From Narcine bancroftii (Eukaryota): a DNA stretch of 64,000 bases. The notes under the pieces were generated by a model. It was not told where the DNA came from, searched no databases, and worked only from the letters and a program-made list of their open reading frames with translations. Every line of letters starts with the position of its first letter. Within the stretch, counting starts at the first letter, position 1. The stretch covers positions 23,374,001 to 23,438,000 of the forward strand of contig NC_091476.1 in the NCBI RefSeq assembly GCF_036971445.1, in the 5' to 3' direction. This document shows, piece by piece, positions 1 to 12,600 of the stretch. The position numbers and the translations under genes were made by a program.

Positions 1-60
1 CTGACGTGGACTTTTTTACCCCCTCCATAAATCTTCGTCCGCGAAGCCAAGCCAAAGAAA
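1..60 (+). mobile_element. RTE-clade LINE 3' end
   Basis: Terminus CCATAAATCTTCGTCCGCGAAGCCAAGCCAAAGAA, shared with the other copies in the window. Confidence 0.85.
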
Positions 61-350
61 GATATAGCACTTTTTTGAACTAATTCCTGGGAGAGTTGTA
101 TTTCCATGTCCTGACTCTACCACATCATGTGACATCCCCCATCACCAAAGATTCTCAAAAACTTATACAGGTATACTGTGGAGAGCATTCTGGCTGGTTG
201 TATCACTGTCTGGTATGGAGGCGCTAACTTTCAGGACAATAAAAAAACTCCAGAGTGTTGTTAACTCTGCCTGTGACATCACAGGTACCAGACTTCATTC
301 TATCAAGAACATGTACAAGAGGTGATGTCTTAAGAACACAGCCTCTGTGC

Positions 351-716
351 CAGTGGTTCTCATCCTTTTTCTTTCCACTCACATACCATTTTAAGTATTC
401 CCTATCCCATAGGTGCTCTGTGATTAGTAAGGGATTACTTAAGGTGGTTGGAAAGAAAAAGTTTGAAAAGCACTGTTTTAATCGTACCTAATTGACTTGT
501 TATGTGCACGGTTTCAGAACTCCAAAGGAAATGGGCCAATAACAATTTTTCTCAAGCAAAATATTTCAGTAACAATTGGGTCTAGAGCAGTGATTCTCAA
601 CTTTCCCTTCCCACTCACATACCACCTTAAGCAATCCCTTACTAATCAGAGTACCGATGGCATAGGGATTACTTAAAGAGTGGTATGAGTGGAAAGAAAA
701 AGGTTGAGAACCCTTG
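351..716. mobile_element. hAT/Charlie-like MITE pair forming a composite element
   Basis: Two hairpin units of about 125 bp (351-475 and 588-716) with CAGTG(G/A)TTCTCA termini, in inverted orientation to one another, inserted in a LINE fragment. Confidence 0.75.
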
Positions 717-1194
717 CACTCTGCTCAAAGAAGCCTACCGTTCAGCCGATGCCCTCTTCAAACTGCTACCATTGGGGGAAAGGCACAGGAGCCTGAAGAC
801 AAGCACTCAGGGGCACAAGGATAGCTTTGTCCCCTCTGCCATCAGAATGAACCACAGACACTGCCATACTTTGTCTTAATCTTTTTCTTTGTCCCCTTAA
901 ATACGCTTTCATTGCATCCCATAAAATAAATTTATTATTAACCGAATTAGAATTGACAGAAAAATCCTTTTATTTATTTGTGGTTTATATCAATATTTGC
1001 ATTCTGATGCTGCTGCAAATCTACAAATTTCGGGGCATGTTCATGACAATAAATTCTGATTCTATTTGGGTGTATGCAATAATTAATACCACTTGGAAAT
1101 TCCTTTAATTGGAGACCTTGCCCCTCTCCCCTTTGCCCTTTGCCCTTTGCCCCTGCTATTGCCTTGAGTTCCCACAGACCAGCCAGTCCTCGGC

Positions 1195-1350
1195 TCCTCA
1201 TTGGTCCAACGGGCTCGATTTGAACGCGACCCCGCCCTTAGCAACAGCGCGTTAGCAACGCATCCTGGCAGGGTGCTGATTGGCGAGCGCCTTGTCGCCT
1301 GGAGCCAATGGCGGCGAGGCGGCCTGCCTTGTCGCGCTTTTCGAAACAAG
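1195..1350 (+). promoter_or_regulatory. Probable CCNB3 CpG-island promoter with three CCAAT boxes, CHR-like elements, a GC box and RFX-like half sites
   Basis: ATTGG at 1200 and 1279, CCAAT at 1305, TTTGAA at 1219, TTCGAA at 1340 (preceded by CGCG), CCCCGCCC at 1230 and two TAGCAAC motifs. The sequence is CpG-rich against a CpG-poor background. NF-Y plus CHR architecture is typical of G2/M genes. Confidence 0.7.
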
Positions 1351-1654
1351 GTTGCCGGCGGCGCGCCTGGAGAAGCTGCGAGGAGGGCAGTCCGGCCGGA
1401 CGGGATTGAGAGCCGAGACTCCCCGAAGGCGGTGGTCGACCCCGAGTCACGGTTCGCTGCGCAGCGGGCGCTCTTCTGCCCCCTTTTTGAATTGGGAGCC
1501 TCGCCAGGTTGGGAACAGGTTTAAATCCCTTTCCGTTCCGCCCCCCACCCCCTGCGAGATGTCGGGCCCGACTCCCCCGTCGCCTCTCCCGAGGGTGGCG
1601 AGAGGAGGCTTCAGCGCGGCGGCGTTCGCGAAGTGGAGGTGCAGGGCGGGGGCA

Positions 1655-2837
1655 TTCCAGGGGTGGTGGTGGTCGCCTTCCAGGGGTGGTGGTGGTCGCC
1701 TTCCAGGGGTGGTGGTGGTCGCCTTCCAGGGGTGGTGGTGGTCGCCGCCTTCCAGGGGTGGTGGTGGTCGCCGCCTTCCAGGGGTGGTGGTGGTCGCCGC
1801 CTTCCAGGGGTGGTGGTGGTCGCCGCCTTCCAGGGGTGGTGGTGGTCGCCGCCTTCCAGGGGTGGTGGTGGTCGCCGCCTTCCAGGGGTGGTGGTGGTCG
1901 CCGCCTTCCAGGGGTGGTGGTGGTCGCCGCCTTCCAGGGGTGGTGGTGGTCGCCGCCTTCCAGGGGTGGTGGTGGTCGCCGCCTTCCAGGGGTGGTGGTG
2001 GTCGCCGCCTTCCAGGGGTGGTGGTGGTCGCCGCCTTCCAGGGGTGGTGGTGGTCGCCGCCTTCCAGGGGTGGTGGTGGTCGCCGCCTTCCAGGGGTGGT
2101 GGTGGTCGCCGCCTTCCAGGGGTGGTGGTGGTCGCCGCCTTCCAGGGGTGGTGGTGGTCGCCGCCTTCCAGGGGTGGTGGTGGTCGCCGCCTTCCAGGGG
2201 TGGTGGTGGTCGCCGCCTTCCAGGGGTGGTGGTGGTCGCCGCCTTCCAGGGGTGGTGGTGGTCGCCGCCTTCCAGGGGTGGTGGTGGTCGCCGCCTTCCA
2301 GGGGTGGTGGTGGTCGCCGCCTTCCAGGGGTGGTGGTGGTCGCCGCCTTCCAGGGGTGGTGGTGGTCGCCGCCTTCCAGGGGTGGTGGTGGTCGCCGCCT
2401 TCCAGGGGTGGTGGTGGTCGCCGCCTTCCAGGGGTGGTGGTGGTCGCCGCCTTCCAGGGGTGGTGGTGGTCGCCGCCTTCCAGGGGTGGTGGTGGTCGCC
2501 GCCTTCCAGGGGTGGTGGTGGTCGCCGCCTTCCAGGGGTGGTGGTGGTCGCCGCCTTCCAGGGGTGGTGGTGGTCGCCGCCTTCCAGGGGTGGTGGTGGT
2601 CGCCGCCTTCCAGGGGTGGTGGTGGTCGCCGCCTTCCAGGGGTGGTGGTGGTCGCCGCCTTCCAGGGGTGGTGGTGGTCGCCGCCTTCCAGGGGTGGTGG
2701 TGGTCGCCGCCTTCCAGGGGTGGTGGTGGTCGCCGCCTTCCAGGGGTGGTGGTGGTCGCCGCCTTCCAGGGGTGGTGGTGGTCGCCGCCTTCCAGGGGTG
2801 GTGGTGGTCGCCGCCTTCCAGGGGTGGTGGTGGTCGC
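1655..2837. repeat. G-rich minisatellite, 26-bp unit CGCCGCCTTCCAGGGGTGGTGGTGGT, about 45 copies (first units 23 bp)
   Basis: Directly visible, essentially perfect tandem array. It explains the long repetitive ORFs in several frames. Confidence 0.98.
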
Positions 2838-3504
2838 ATGAAGGTACCGGGGAATAGCCGCCTCCTCTACTTCCTATTGGGAATGACGAGGTCCCCCCCC
2901 TGTTATTGGGGAGGCGACGTCATTCATGACGAACCCAGAACAGACACCTCCTCAGGAAGGTCTGTCCTTGGACGAGATGACCTGGCAGGTCTGTTCAAAC
3001 CCTTCTTGAAGGATGAAGGCACCGTCATGTTCGACCCTTGACTCTGATGCCTGGAGGCTCTCTCGTCCCCTGCGGAAGTGCAGGGATGTGCTGAGAATGT
3101 TGAGGCTGGAGTGCCCAAATACTGGGTCAACAGTGGATGATGTGCATCATCCCACAATGTACCCACTGCCCTGAAGTGTGCAGTTCATACATTTCCAGTC
3201 CAATTGGTCGGACATGTTTTGTGCAAAAGGGGCCAAGAATGACAGTTCCTTAAATACGCTGTTTCAAAGTAATTAATGAACGCGGAAGAAGAGGTCCTGG
3301 CTGTGTGCTTCATTGTCCATTCAAAAATCTGATGGTGGAGGGGAAGAAGCAGTTTTTGTAATGTTGGGTGTTTGATGAGACAAGGGCATGCATGGCCTGG
3401 GTGGTGAGGGTCCTTGATGATAGAGGCTGCTTTCTTGAGATACTGCCTCTAAATGATGTCCTTAATGGAGTGAAGACTAATGCCCATGATGGTGCTAGAC
3501 GAGT

Positions 3505-5313
3505 TAAAAACCCTCGGTGTTCTGAGTTTAGAAACCCTCGGTGTACTCTGAGTTTAGAAACCCTCGGTGTACTCTGAGTTTAGAAACCCTCGGTGTACTC
3601 TGAGTTTAGAAACCCTCGGTGTACTCTGAGTTTAGAAACCCTCGGTGTACTCTGAGTTTAGAAACCCTCGGTGTACTCTGAGTTTAGAAACCCTCGGTGT
3701 ACTCTGAGTTTAGAAACCCTCGGTGTACTCTGAGTTTAGAAACCCTCGGTGTACTCTGAGTTTAGAAACCCTCGGTGTACTCTGAGTTTAGAAACCCTCG
3801 GTGTCTTTCTTCTTTGGCTTGGCTTCGCAAACGAAGGGTTATGGATGAGTAATGTCCACGTCAGCTGCAGGCTCGTTTGTGGCTGACAAGTCCAATGCGG
3901 GACAGGCAGACATGGTTGCAGCGGCTGCAGGGGAAAATTGGTTGGTTGGGGTTGGGTGTTGGGTTTTTCCTCCTTTGTCTTTTGTCAGTGAGGTGGGCTC
4001 TGCGGTCTTCTTCAAAGGAGGTTGCTGCCCGCCGAACTGTGAGGCGCCAAGATGCACGGTTTGAGGCGATATCAGCCCACTGGCGGTGGTCAATGTGGCA
4101 GGCACCAAGAGATTTCTTTAGGCAGTCCTTGTACCTCTTCTTTGGTGCACCTCTGTCTCAGTGGCCAATGGAGAGCTCGCCATATAACATGATCTTGGGA
4201 AGGCGATGGTCCTCCATTATGGAGGCGTGACCTACCCAGCGCAGTTTGATCTTCAGCAGCGTGGATTCGATGTACTCTGTGTTTTAAAAACCCTCGGTGT
4301 ACTCATTGTTAAAAACCCTCGGTGTACTCATTGTTAAAAACCCTCGGTGTACTCATTGTTAAAAACCCTCGGTGTACTCATTGTTAAAAACCCTCGGTGT
4401 ACTCATTGTTAAAAACCCTCGGTGTACTCATTGTTAAAAACCCTCGGTGTACTCTGTGTTAAAAATCCTCGGTGTACTCTGAGTTTAAAAACCCTCTGTG
4501 TACTCTGAGTTTAAAAACCCTCGGTGTACTCTGTGTTAAAAAACCCTCGGTGTACTCTGTGTTAAAAAACCCTCGGTGTACTCTGTGTTAAAAAACCCTC
4601 GGTGTACTCTGTGTTAAAAAACCCTCGGTGTACTCTGTGTTAAAAAACCCTCGGTGTACTCTGTGTTAAAAAACCCTCGGTGTACTCTGTGTTAAAAAAC
4701 CCTCGGTGTACTCTGTGTTAAAAAACCCTCGGTGTACTCTGTGTTAAAAAACCCTCGGTGTACTCTGTGTTAAAAAACCCTCGGTGTACTCTGTGTTAAA
4801 AAACCCTCGGTGTACTCTGTGTTAAAAAACCCTCGGTGTACTCTGTGTTAAAAAACCCTCGGTGTACTCTGTGTTAAAAAACCCTCGGTGTACTTTGTGT
4901 TAAAAAACCCTCGGTGTACTTTGTGTTAAAAAACCCTCGGTGTACTCTGTGTTAAAAAACCCTCGGTGTACTCTGTGTTAAAAAACCCCTCGGTGTACTC
5001 TGTGTTTATAAAAAAAAAAAAAACCCTCGGTGTACTCTGTGTTTATAAAAAAAAAAAACCCTCGGTGTGTGTTTTAAGAAACCCTCGGTGTGTGTTTTAA
5101 GAAACCCTCGGTGTGTGTTTTAAGAAACCCTCGGTGTGTGTTTTAAGAAACCCTCGGTGTGTGTTTTAAGAAACCCTCGGTGTGTGTTTTAAGAAACCCT
5201 CGGTGTGTGTTTTAAGAAACCCTCGGTGTGTGTTTTAAGAAACCCTCGGTGTGTGTTTTAAGAAACCCTCGGTGTGTGTTTTAAGAAACCCTCGGTGTGT
5301 GTTTTAAAAACCC
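3505..5313. repeat. Compound minisatellite with core AAACCCTCGGTGT (23-26-bp variants), interrupted by an RTE insertion
   Basis: Blocks of AGAAACCCTCGGTGTACTCTGAGTTT, AAAAACCCTCGGTGTACTCATTGTT, AAAAAACCCTCGGTGTACTCTGTGTT and AAGAAACCCTCGGTGTGTGTTTT. Confidence 0.97.
3805..4272 (-). mobile_element. RTE-clade LINE 3' fragment inserted into the minisatellite
   Basis: The reverse complement encodes RTE-type C-terminal LRWVG..RLPKIMLYGELS..PKKRYKDCLK..C..C..RIGLVSH and has the same terminus as the other copies. Confidence 0.9.
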
Positions 5314-6664
5314 CCTGCCCTGTGTGCACCACCATACCAGACAGTGATGCAACAGATAGAATGCACTCCACAGGACACTTGTAGAAATTTGCAAGTGTCT
5401 TTGGTGAACATACCAAATCTCATGATTGCATCTCAGGACAAGAATAAACTCCAGAGGGTTTTTAACTCAGCCTGTGACATCGCAAGCACCAGACTTCACT
5501 CCATTGAGGACATCTTCATGAGGTGATGTCTTTAAAAAAGCAGCCTCTATCCTCAAAGACCCAGGCCATCCCCTCTTCACTTTGGTGGGGTGAAAAAGGT
5601 ACAGGAACCTAAAGACGAGTACTCAGTTGCACATTGATAGCTTCTTCCCCACTGCCATCAGATACCTGAATAATCAATGAACCAAAGACACCGCCTTACT
5701 TTTTGTGTACTTTTTATAGTAATGTAAGATGGTTATAACATGAATGCTCTATGATGCTTCCGCAAAACACTGAATTTCATGACTTGTTCATGAGCATAGA
5801 TTCTGTTTCTGAAGTGCTAGCCCAGGATTGCTCTTCAGATGTCAACACCCCTGAATTTGAAGTTCTTTACTTTCTCCACTGCTGATCTAAATGAAGACTG
5901 GTTTGTATTTTCGAAGTTTTCCCCTTCCTGAGGTCTGCAATCAGTTCCTTAGTTTTGCTAATGTTGAGTGCAAAGTTATTGTGACACTACAACTGGCTGA
6001 TCTACCTTCCTCTCAGATGCTTCCTCTTTACTGCCTGTGATTTTTGCTGACGATTGTGGTGTCATTACCAAATTTGTAGATGGCGTTTAAATTGTACCGA
6101 GTCATTGGTGTAGAGCAGTGGGCTAAGCATCCTTGAGGTGCACCTATGTTAATGTTCCAAACTGACTGTGGTCATTTACCACTATAACTACCTTTGAACC
6201 TTCAAGGCTAGAAAAGAAGTCAGTCATTCTCACTCCTGAGATACTTCTAGAGAAGTAGTCTAAAGACACAATTGTTCATTCCCAACACACAAGATAAAGG
6301 AATTGGATAATAGCAAAGGTGGAGACCCTCCCCCCAAACACAAAGAATAAAGGGGGAAAGAAAGTGATGAACTAATGATCCATAATGGGGAAATACTGGA
6401 GTCTGTGCTGAAGAATAATAATGGAACATCTTGGAATGAAGAAAAGGTTTGAGCAGAATCAATGGAATTTGAAAGAAAAATTGGGGTTTAATTGACTGGA
6501 GATTTTTGGCATACTGCTGTTTTTTGTGTTCAAATGTAATTGCATACTTGATATTTTGCCCCATTTAGTTAATATTGCCTATTCTGCTTTTCCCATTAAT
6601 TTGTCTCATCTGCTTTTCCTCCATGCCTTTCTCCTTCAGAGAGGCAAATAAGGTTGGTCAAGAA

Positions 6665-9600
6665 ATGCCTCTGGTCTCAAAATCAAATGGCTTTCAATCT
6701 GAAACATTTGGAAAAGAGACATCTATAATGGAAAAGGTAAGGATAAAAATATAGGTAATGATAAGACTCTTATTATAGCCATCCATACATTGACTTGGCC
6801 TGTAAGTTGGGGAAAAAAAACACTTGATATGGTGACCATGCTTGTAATGAATGGCATGTCGGACTGATACAAAATAACAATTGCTGTGGGGGGGATACAC
6901 TAATTCCTTGCCCTACAAGCATTAGGGGAAAAAAGCTAATCAAGAGAAAACTGACTTGTGCCAACTGAAGTGGTTTGATCAAAGGTATGCACTGGCTCAG
7001 ATCCTGCTCTATGTCGACGGCATATTGAAATCAAAGCTAAATATGACCTTTTAATGTATCCAATTTAAAACCAACTTTTAAAAGCAAAAAGTCAATTTTA
7101 TATTCGTGGAGATAAAACAGGTAAACTATTGGCTAATCAATTATAACCTTTGCCAGCCAACTGTCAAATTAAAGAAATTTGCACAAATTAATAAGAACCC
7201 TTTGACTTGTGAATTGATATTTGCTGACATGCAAAATTACCTTGCCCATTTTTTTTTTCATAAATTGTTTGTTCTTAAATGATCTACCTTGGTGATCAGG
7301 ACCACGGTTGGAATCTCACACTACCTGCTAGGAGTTTGTATGTTCTCCCTGTGTCTGCATGGGTTTTCTCCAGGGGCTCCGGTTTCCTCTCACCCTTCAA
7401 AATGTATCGGGGTTGTAGTTTGGTGGCGTGGGCTTGTGGGCCAAAGGTGCCTGTTATGTCTAATTTTAAAAAAAAATTAAACTTCAGCCTTGTGGATGAT
7501 TCCTCACGTTAGCAGGTGTTTGAATGCAGTTACATAACCTGCTGAAAGTTCTTTGTGAAGTAAATAAAGGAATTTGACTAATAAACAAATTTTTGTTTTT
7601 TCTAAATTTTCCCAGTATAATCTGTCTGTTGGAATATTTAATGATCTTGAGAACCAATAGTTTAAAATGAAGAATGCTGTCCTTGTTCTTCAGGATGGTG
7701 ATTTCCATATCAAAAGGTCTCCTACATCACCTCAAGGTGGACCCAAGAAAAGATCAGCTTTTGAAGACCTCACAAACGTTAGTTTTATGATCTTGTTCTT
7801 CCCTGTTAGAACAAATGGACTGCATAATCCTCTTTGAAACATTAAAATTTTGTTTAAATCTGACCTTGTGGTTTATACCTCTCAGGCTAAGAAAAAACAA
7901 GTTTCAAAGAAGAAAAGTGGTAAGGTTGCCAGTAAGAAAACTCAGAAAAGTTCTGTTGGTCTCGAAGCAGCAAAGAACGAAGAGAATCTAAAAAGGTGAC
8001 TACACTGTTCATTTCCCTTTTTTGTGCACCTGTTCATACATTTCTGATGGTTGAAAGATGTTCCAATAACATGAATTACTGAGGATGAGGTTTTGGAGTA
8101 TTTGAAAGTACAATGTGAAATGGGCTGGTTGGTGTGGTTTCCTTCAGGAGAGATCTTGCTTGAAAAGTATGTTAGAATTCTTTGAAGAAGTAATAAGCAT
8201 GGCAGATCAAATAGTCAGTAGATGCTGTGTACTTGGATTTTCAGAAGGCCTTTGACAAGGTATCACACATGAGGTTGTTAAAGAAGATAGGACCCCATGG
8301 TATATGGATTATTTCCGATTATTAAAAAATCAGTTAACCAAAAATCTGTTATCAGATTTTTTTTTTAACTTGCTCATGTGGGGCTCTGGCATGCTGTTAG
8401 TGCCAGTTTTGTAACATCAGAGCTCAGAACCAGCCAGGAAGACAGATGCTGAATGGCTGATGCTGGCTTAGAGAAGCAGGCTAGAATCTCAAGCCATCAG
8501 TGAGCAACTGGAGGAAGTTGGCGGATCAGGCAGCACTTTGGGATATTGTCCTCATTTCATCTGTCTCTCTTACTCCAACCCCCCCCCCCCCTTACTGTAC
8601 TTGGTTCTCCACTATCCTGGTGTCCTTAAGGAGAGCGGCCTCCCAGGCAGCAGCAGAAGCTGGGATCTCGGGCTCCCGGGCAGGATGAGCAAAGGCTGGT
8701 ACAAATATTCTGCTGATGTTACGGGGCTGTTAACTGAAAAATGACAATCCCAAGCATTTCAGATAATTGGAAATGTACTAGCAGATAGCAAAGTGAGAAT
8801 AAAAAGGGCCTTTTCTGGCTGGCTGCTGGGGACTGATGCTGTTGTGCAGGGGTCCACTACTTATTACACTATGCGTAAATGATAAAAATGGTGATTTTTG
8901 TGACCAAGTTTGCAGATGATATGAAGGTGAGTGAGATCCAGGTAGTTTGGGAATTTGCAGAGAGGCTTGGACAGATTGGAGAATGGCCAAGAAAATGTGT
9001 GGCCATGCACTGTTGTAAAAGGAATAAAGTACTGGGGAGACAATTCAGAAGCAGATGTACAAAGGGACCTGGGAGTGTTAATGGAGGATTCCCTAAAGGT
9101 TGACTGGCAGGTTGAGATGATAGTAAGGAAGGCAAACGTAATGTTGATGTCTTCCACAGTGAAGACTGATGCAAAATCGATTTTTTTTTCAGTTCCTCTG
9201 CCATCTCCTTGCCTTACATTAGATTTTCTCCAGTGTCATTTTCTATTGGTTCTATATCTACTCTTGCCTCATTTTTTTACTCTTAATATTCTTAACAAGC
9301 TTTTAGTATCCTTTTAGATATTATTTGCTGGGTTCCTTTCAAAATTAATCTTTTCCTTCCTTATGGTTCTTTGTTGCCTTCTGTAAGCTTTTAAAAGCTT
9401 CCCAGTGCTCTACCTTCCCACTAATTTTGGCTTCCTTGTATTCCCTTTCACTTGCTCTAAATTAGGTTTGGATTTCCCTTGTCAGCCACAGCTATGTCAT
9501 TTTTCCATTTAAATTTTTGTTTTGGAATATACCTGTCCTGTACATTCCCTATTTCTCGCAGAAACTCCCTTCGAGTGTGTTTTTCCAATTAACTTTGGTC

Positions 9601-12600
9601 AGTTCCTCTCTCGTACCTCTAGTCCCCTTTATTCTGCTGGTATACTGACACATCTGATCTCAAAATGCAGGGAGAATTTTATCATTATCGTCACTGTCTC
9701 CAAAGGGTACCCTTTCTCCTTCACCAACTGTGTCTGACTACATATTACTCCATTATCATTTCCCTTTTGAGAAGCCATCCTTTTTTTAATTTAATTTTTT
9801 TATTTTTCACACTATGAACCATATTGACCAAAATACACACAAACATTTCCCTTTTGAATATACACAGTGTCATTTTCTCCCCTTTCTCCCCCCCTTCCCT
9901 CCCTCTTTCCCATCCCCCCTCCCCACCCACAAAACGTTCAACGTATACGATACATTAAACAATGTCATCACACAATGAAAACAGACAAGAAAATTGTGTC
10001 ATCTACTTTTACACACTGGGTCAGTTCATTTTGTCGTCTTCTCCTTCTGTCATTTTAGGAGGTGGAGGTCCACGGTAGGACCTCTCTGTTGTGTTCCATG
10101 TACGGTTCCCAAATTTGTTCGAATACTGTGATGTTATTTCTTAAATTATATGTTATTTTTTCCAATGGAATACATTTATTCATTTCCATGTACCATTGCT
10201 GTACTCTCAGGTTCTCTTCTGATTTCCAGGTTGACATTATACATTTTTTTGCTACAGCTAAGACTATCATAATAAATCTTTTTTGTGCTTCATCCAAATC
10301 GAGGCCAAGTTCTTTACTTCTTGTATTACTTAGAAGAAAGATCTCTGGATTTTTTGATATGTTATTTTTTTGTGATTTTATTTAATACCTGATTTAGATC
10401 TTCCCAAAACTTTTCCACTTTCTCACATGCCCAAATTGCATGTACTGTTGTTCCTGTTTCCTTCTGGCAGCAAAAACATCTATCTGATACTGTTGGGTCC
10501 CATTTATTTAATTTTTGGGGCGTGGTGTATAGCCTGTGTAAATAATTATATTGTATCGTGCGTAACCTCGTGTTTATTGTATTTCTCATAGTTCCGGAGC
10601 ATTGCTTTTCCCATGTTTCATTCTTTATCTTTGTTTAGATCTTGTTCCCACTTTTGTTTGGGTTTACAGCTTATTTCATCGTTCTCTTTCTCTTGCAGTT
10701 GCTTGAGGCATTTGTTAAATTTCTTTTCTTAAGATCCAGCACCTACCTGGTATTTCCAATCAATCTGCATATTGAAATCCCCCATGACTATTGTAACATT
10801 GCCTTTTTTGGATGGCTTTTTTTTTTTACCTCCCTCTGTAGATTGCACGCCACATCTGTCCAGTGTTTGAAGGCCTGTATACCAGTCTCATCAGGGTCTT
10901 TTTACCCTGACAGTTTCTTAATTCTACCCACAGAAATTCTGTATTTTTTTTTGATCCAATACCTCCTTCTCCAAAGATTTTTAAGTTCATTTTTAACCAG
11001 CAGAATCACCCCATCTTCTCTCCCTACCTTCCTGACCTTCTGATGCACTGTATATCCAGATATTTAGTTCCTAGCTGTGGTTTTGTTCAGCCATGACTTT
11101 AATGACAAGTGTTATATATAACTTCCAGCCTCACTACAAGATAATCTACCTTATTTTGTGTACTGAAGGCATTTGAGTAAAAGACCTTCAACCCCCTTTT
11201 CAATTTTGATTCTAAAGTACCTCAAGTTAAATTGTTAATCTTATGCGTACAATTTTGCCCTATTGACTGAATATCCTTCCTTGCACTGTAGTGAGATTGT
11301 ATCTATTTGTGTATCTTCTGCTCTTTGTACTGCACTCTCTTCCTGGTTCTTGTCCTCCTGCCTGATGCTAACTACATCTTTCCTTTTCCCTTCAGTTCAG
11401 GATCAAAGGTTTCTCAGGAGCATCTTGACGATGCAAAGGAAAAAAAGCCCAATTCATCAGAAGCACCTGATGAAAAAGCAGTTGAAGTGGATAACTCAGC
11501 CAAAATACAGGTAAACGTGATGCAAGTTTCTCCAGAAAATCCAACAGCCAAATTCAGTGCCATGTTGCATATTACTATGTCCAAAATATTTGCGAGTTGA
11601 TGGTCCATGTGAAACCAACACGGCTACCATTCTGCACTAGCATCTTCTCAAATAGGCATGTCTGAACAGTAAAAAGGGCAATTACTGTAGTGAGTATTTG
11701 TGCTGATTGATGTTTTATTCAAACTAGCATTGTGTGCTTTTTGTTCAACATTAGACTTCTCGAGTAAATACTCCTCTGGGCACAGAAGCATAGTGTTGAT
11801 AAAGAGTAAAAGCCATTGGTTTAAACTTGAGCTCTGGTTGACAATTGATTTGATTGAGCATGTAAATGTTTGTTCACTTCCAGGTACCTTCATGCTTCTT
11901 GCGTACCATCATTCAGAAGTTAATTCAATTTTGTAATTCATAATGCTTTATAGATTTCATTGTTCCAATATATTGCCTAAGAAATAAATGCACCCATTCT
12001 GGTCTTCAAAAAGACCAACAATATTGAGATCTTTAATAACTGTCTCTGGGTTGCTCTTTCATTCTGCTAATAATTAATCATGATTTTTAGACATGATGGA
12101 TAAACATTTTATTTCTAGGATTTTAAATAAAAATTGAACAGAATAATTCAAGAGTTTAAGGATTGTTAAATCATAGCTCTTCATATAAATAAAAGTACTT
12201 GACCCACATTTTTGGTTCTGAACTTGAGATTAGGAATATTTTTAAAACCGAGTTGATCTCGCAATAGAGTAGCTGTTTATTTTAATATGATTTGAAGTTT
12301 GCTGGAATTGGCATTTAGTACCCATTGAGCTAACAGATATTACATTTGTAGCGTAACCAGTTTCTCGGTTCATCATATAGAGTTTCTTTTGGTGGTGGGC
12401 TGAGGAGTTAACGTTGTCTAGTTGATAGTACTATTAACCTCTACTAATCTTCAAAATTTACCTTGTAGTCTCTTCCCTATGAAGATGTTGATGAGGAGAA
12501 TCTGAGAGATCCATTCCTGAATGCAATCTATGCAAAAGATATATTCAATTATATGAAGGAGCGGGAAGTAAGTTGTCCTGTAATTTCCAAACTTTCTTCC

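Noticed and set aside
1238-3041. 400-533-aa ORFs on both strands
   Set aside because: They are translations of a stop-free 26-bp minisatellite, and the same peptide repeats recur in all frames.
2838-3170. Possible Tx1-L1 C-terminal remnant or coding exon after the minisatellite
   Set aside because: Only a weak LLYFLLG resemblance, with in-frame stops and no convincing motif.
3505-5313. CRISPR-like array of short repeats
   Set aside because: The units are head-to-tail with no unique spacers, there are no cas genes, and the context is vertebrate.
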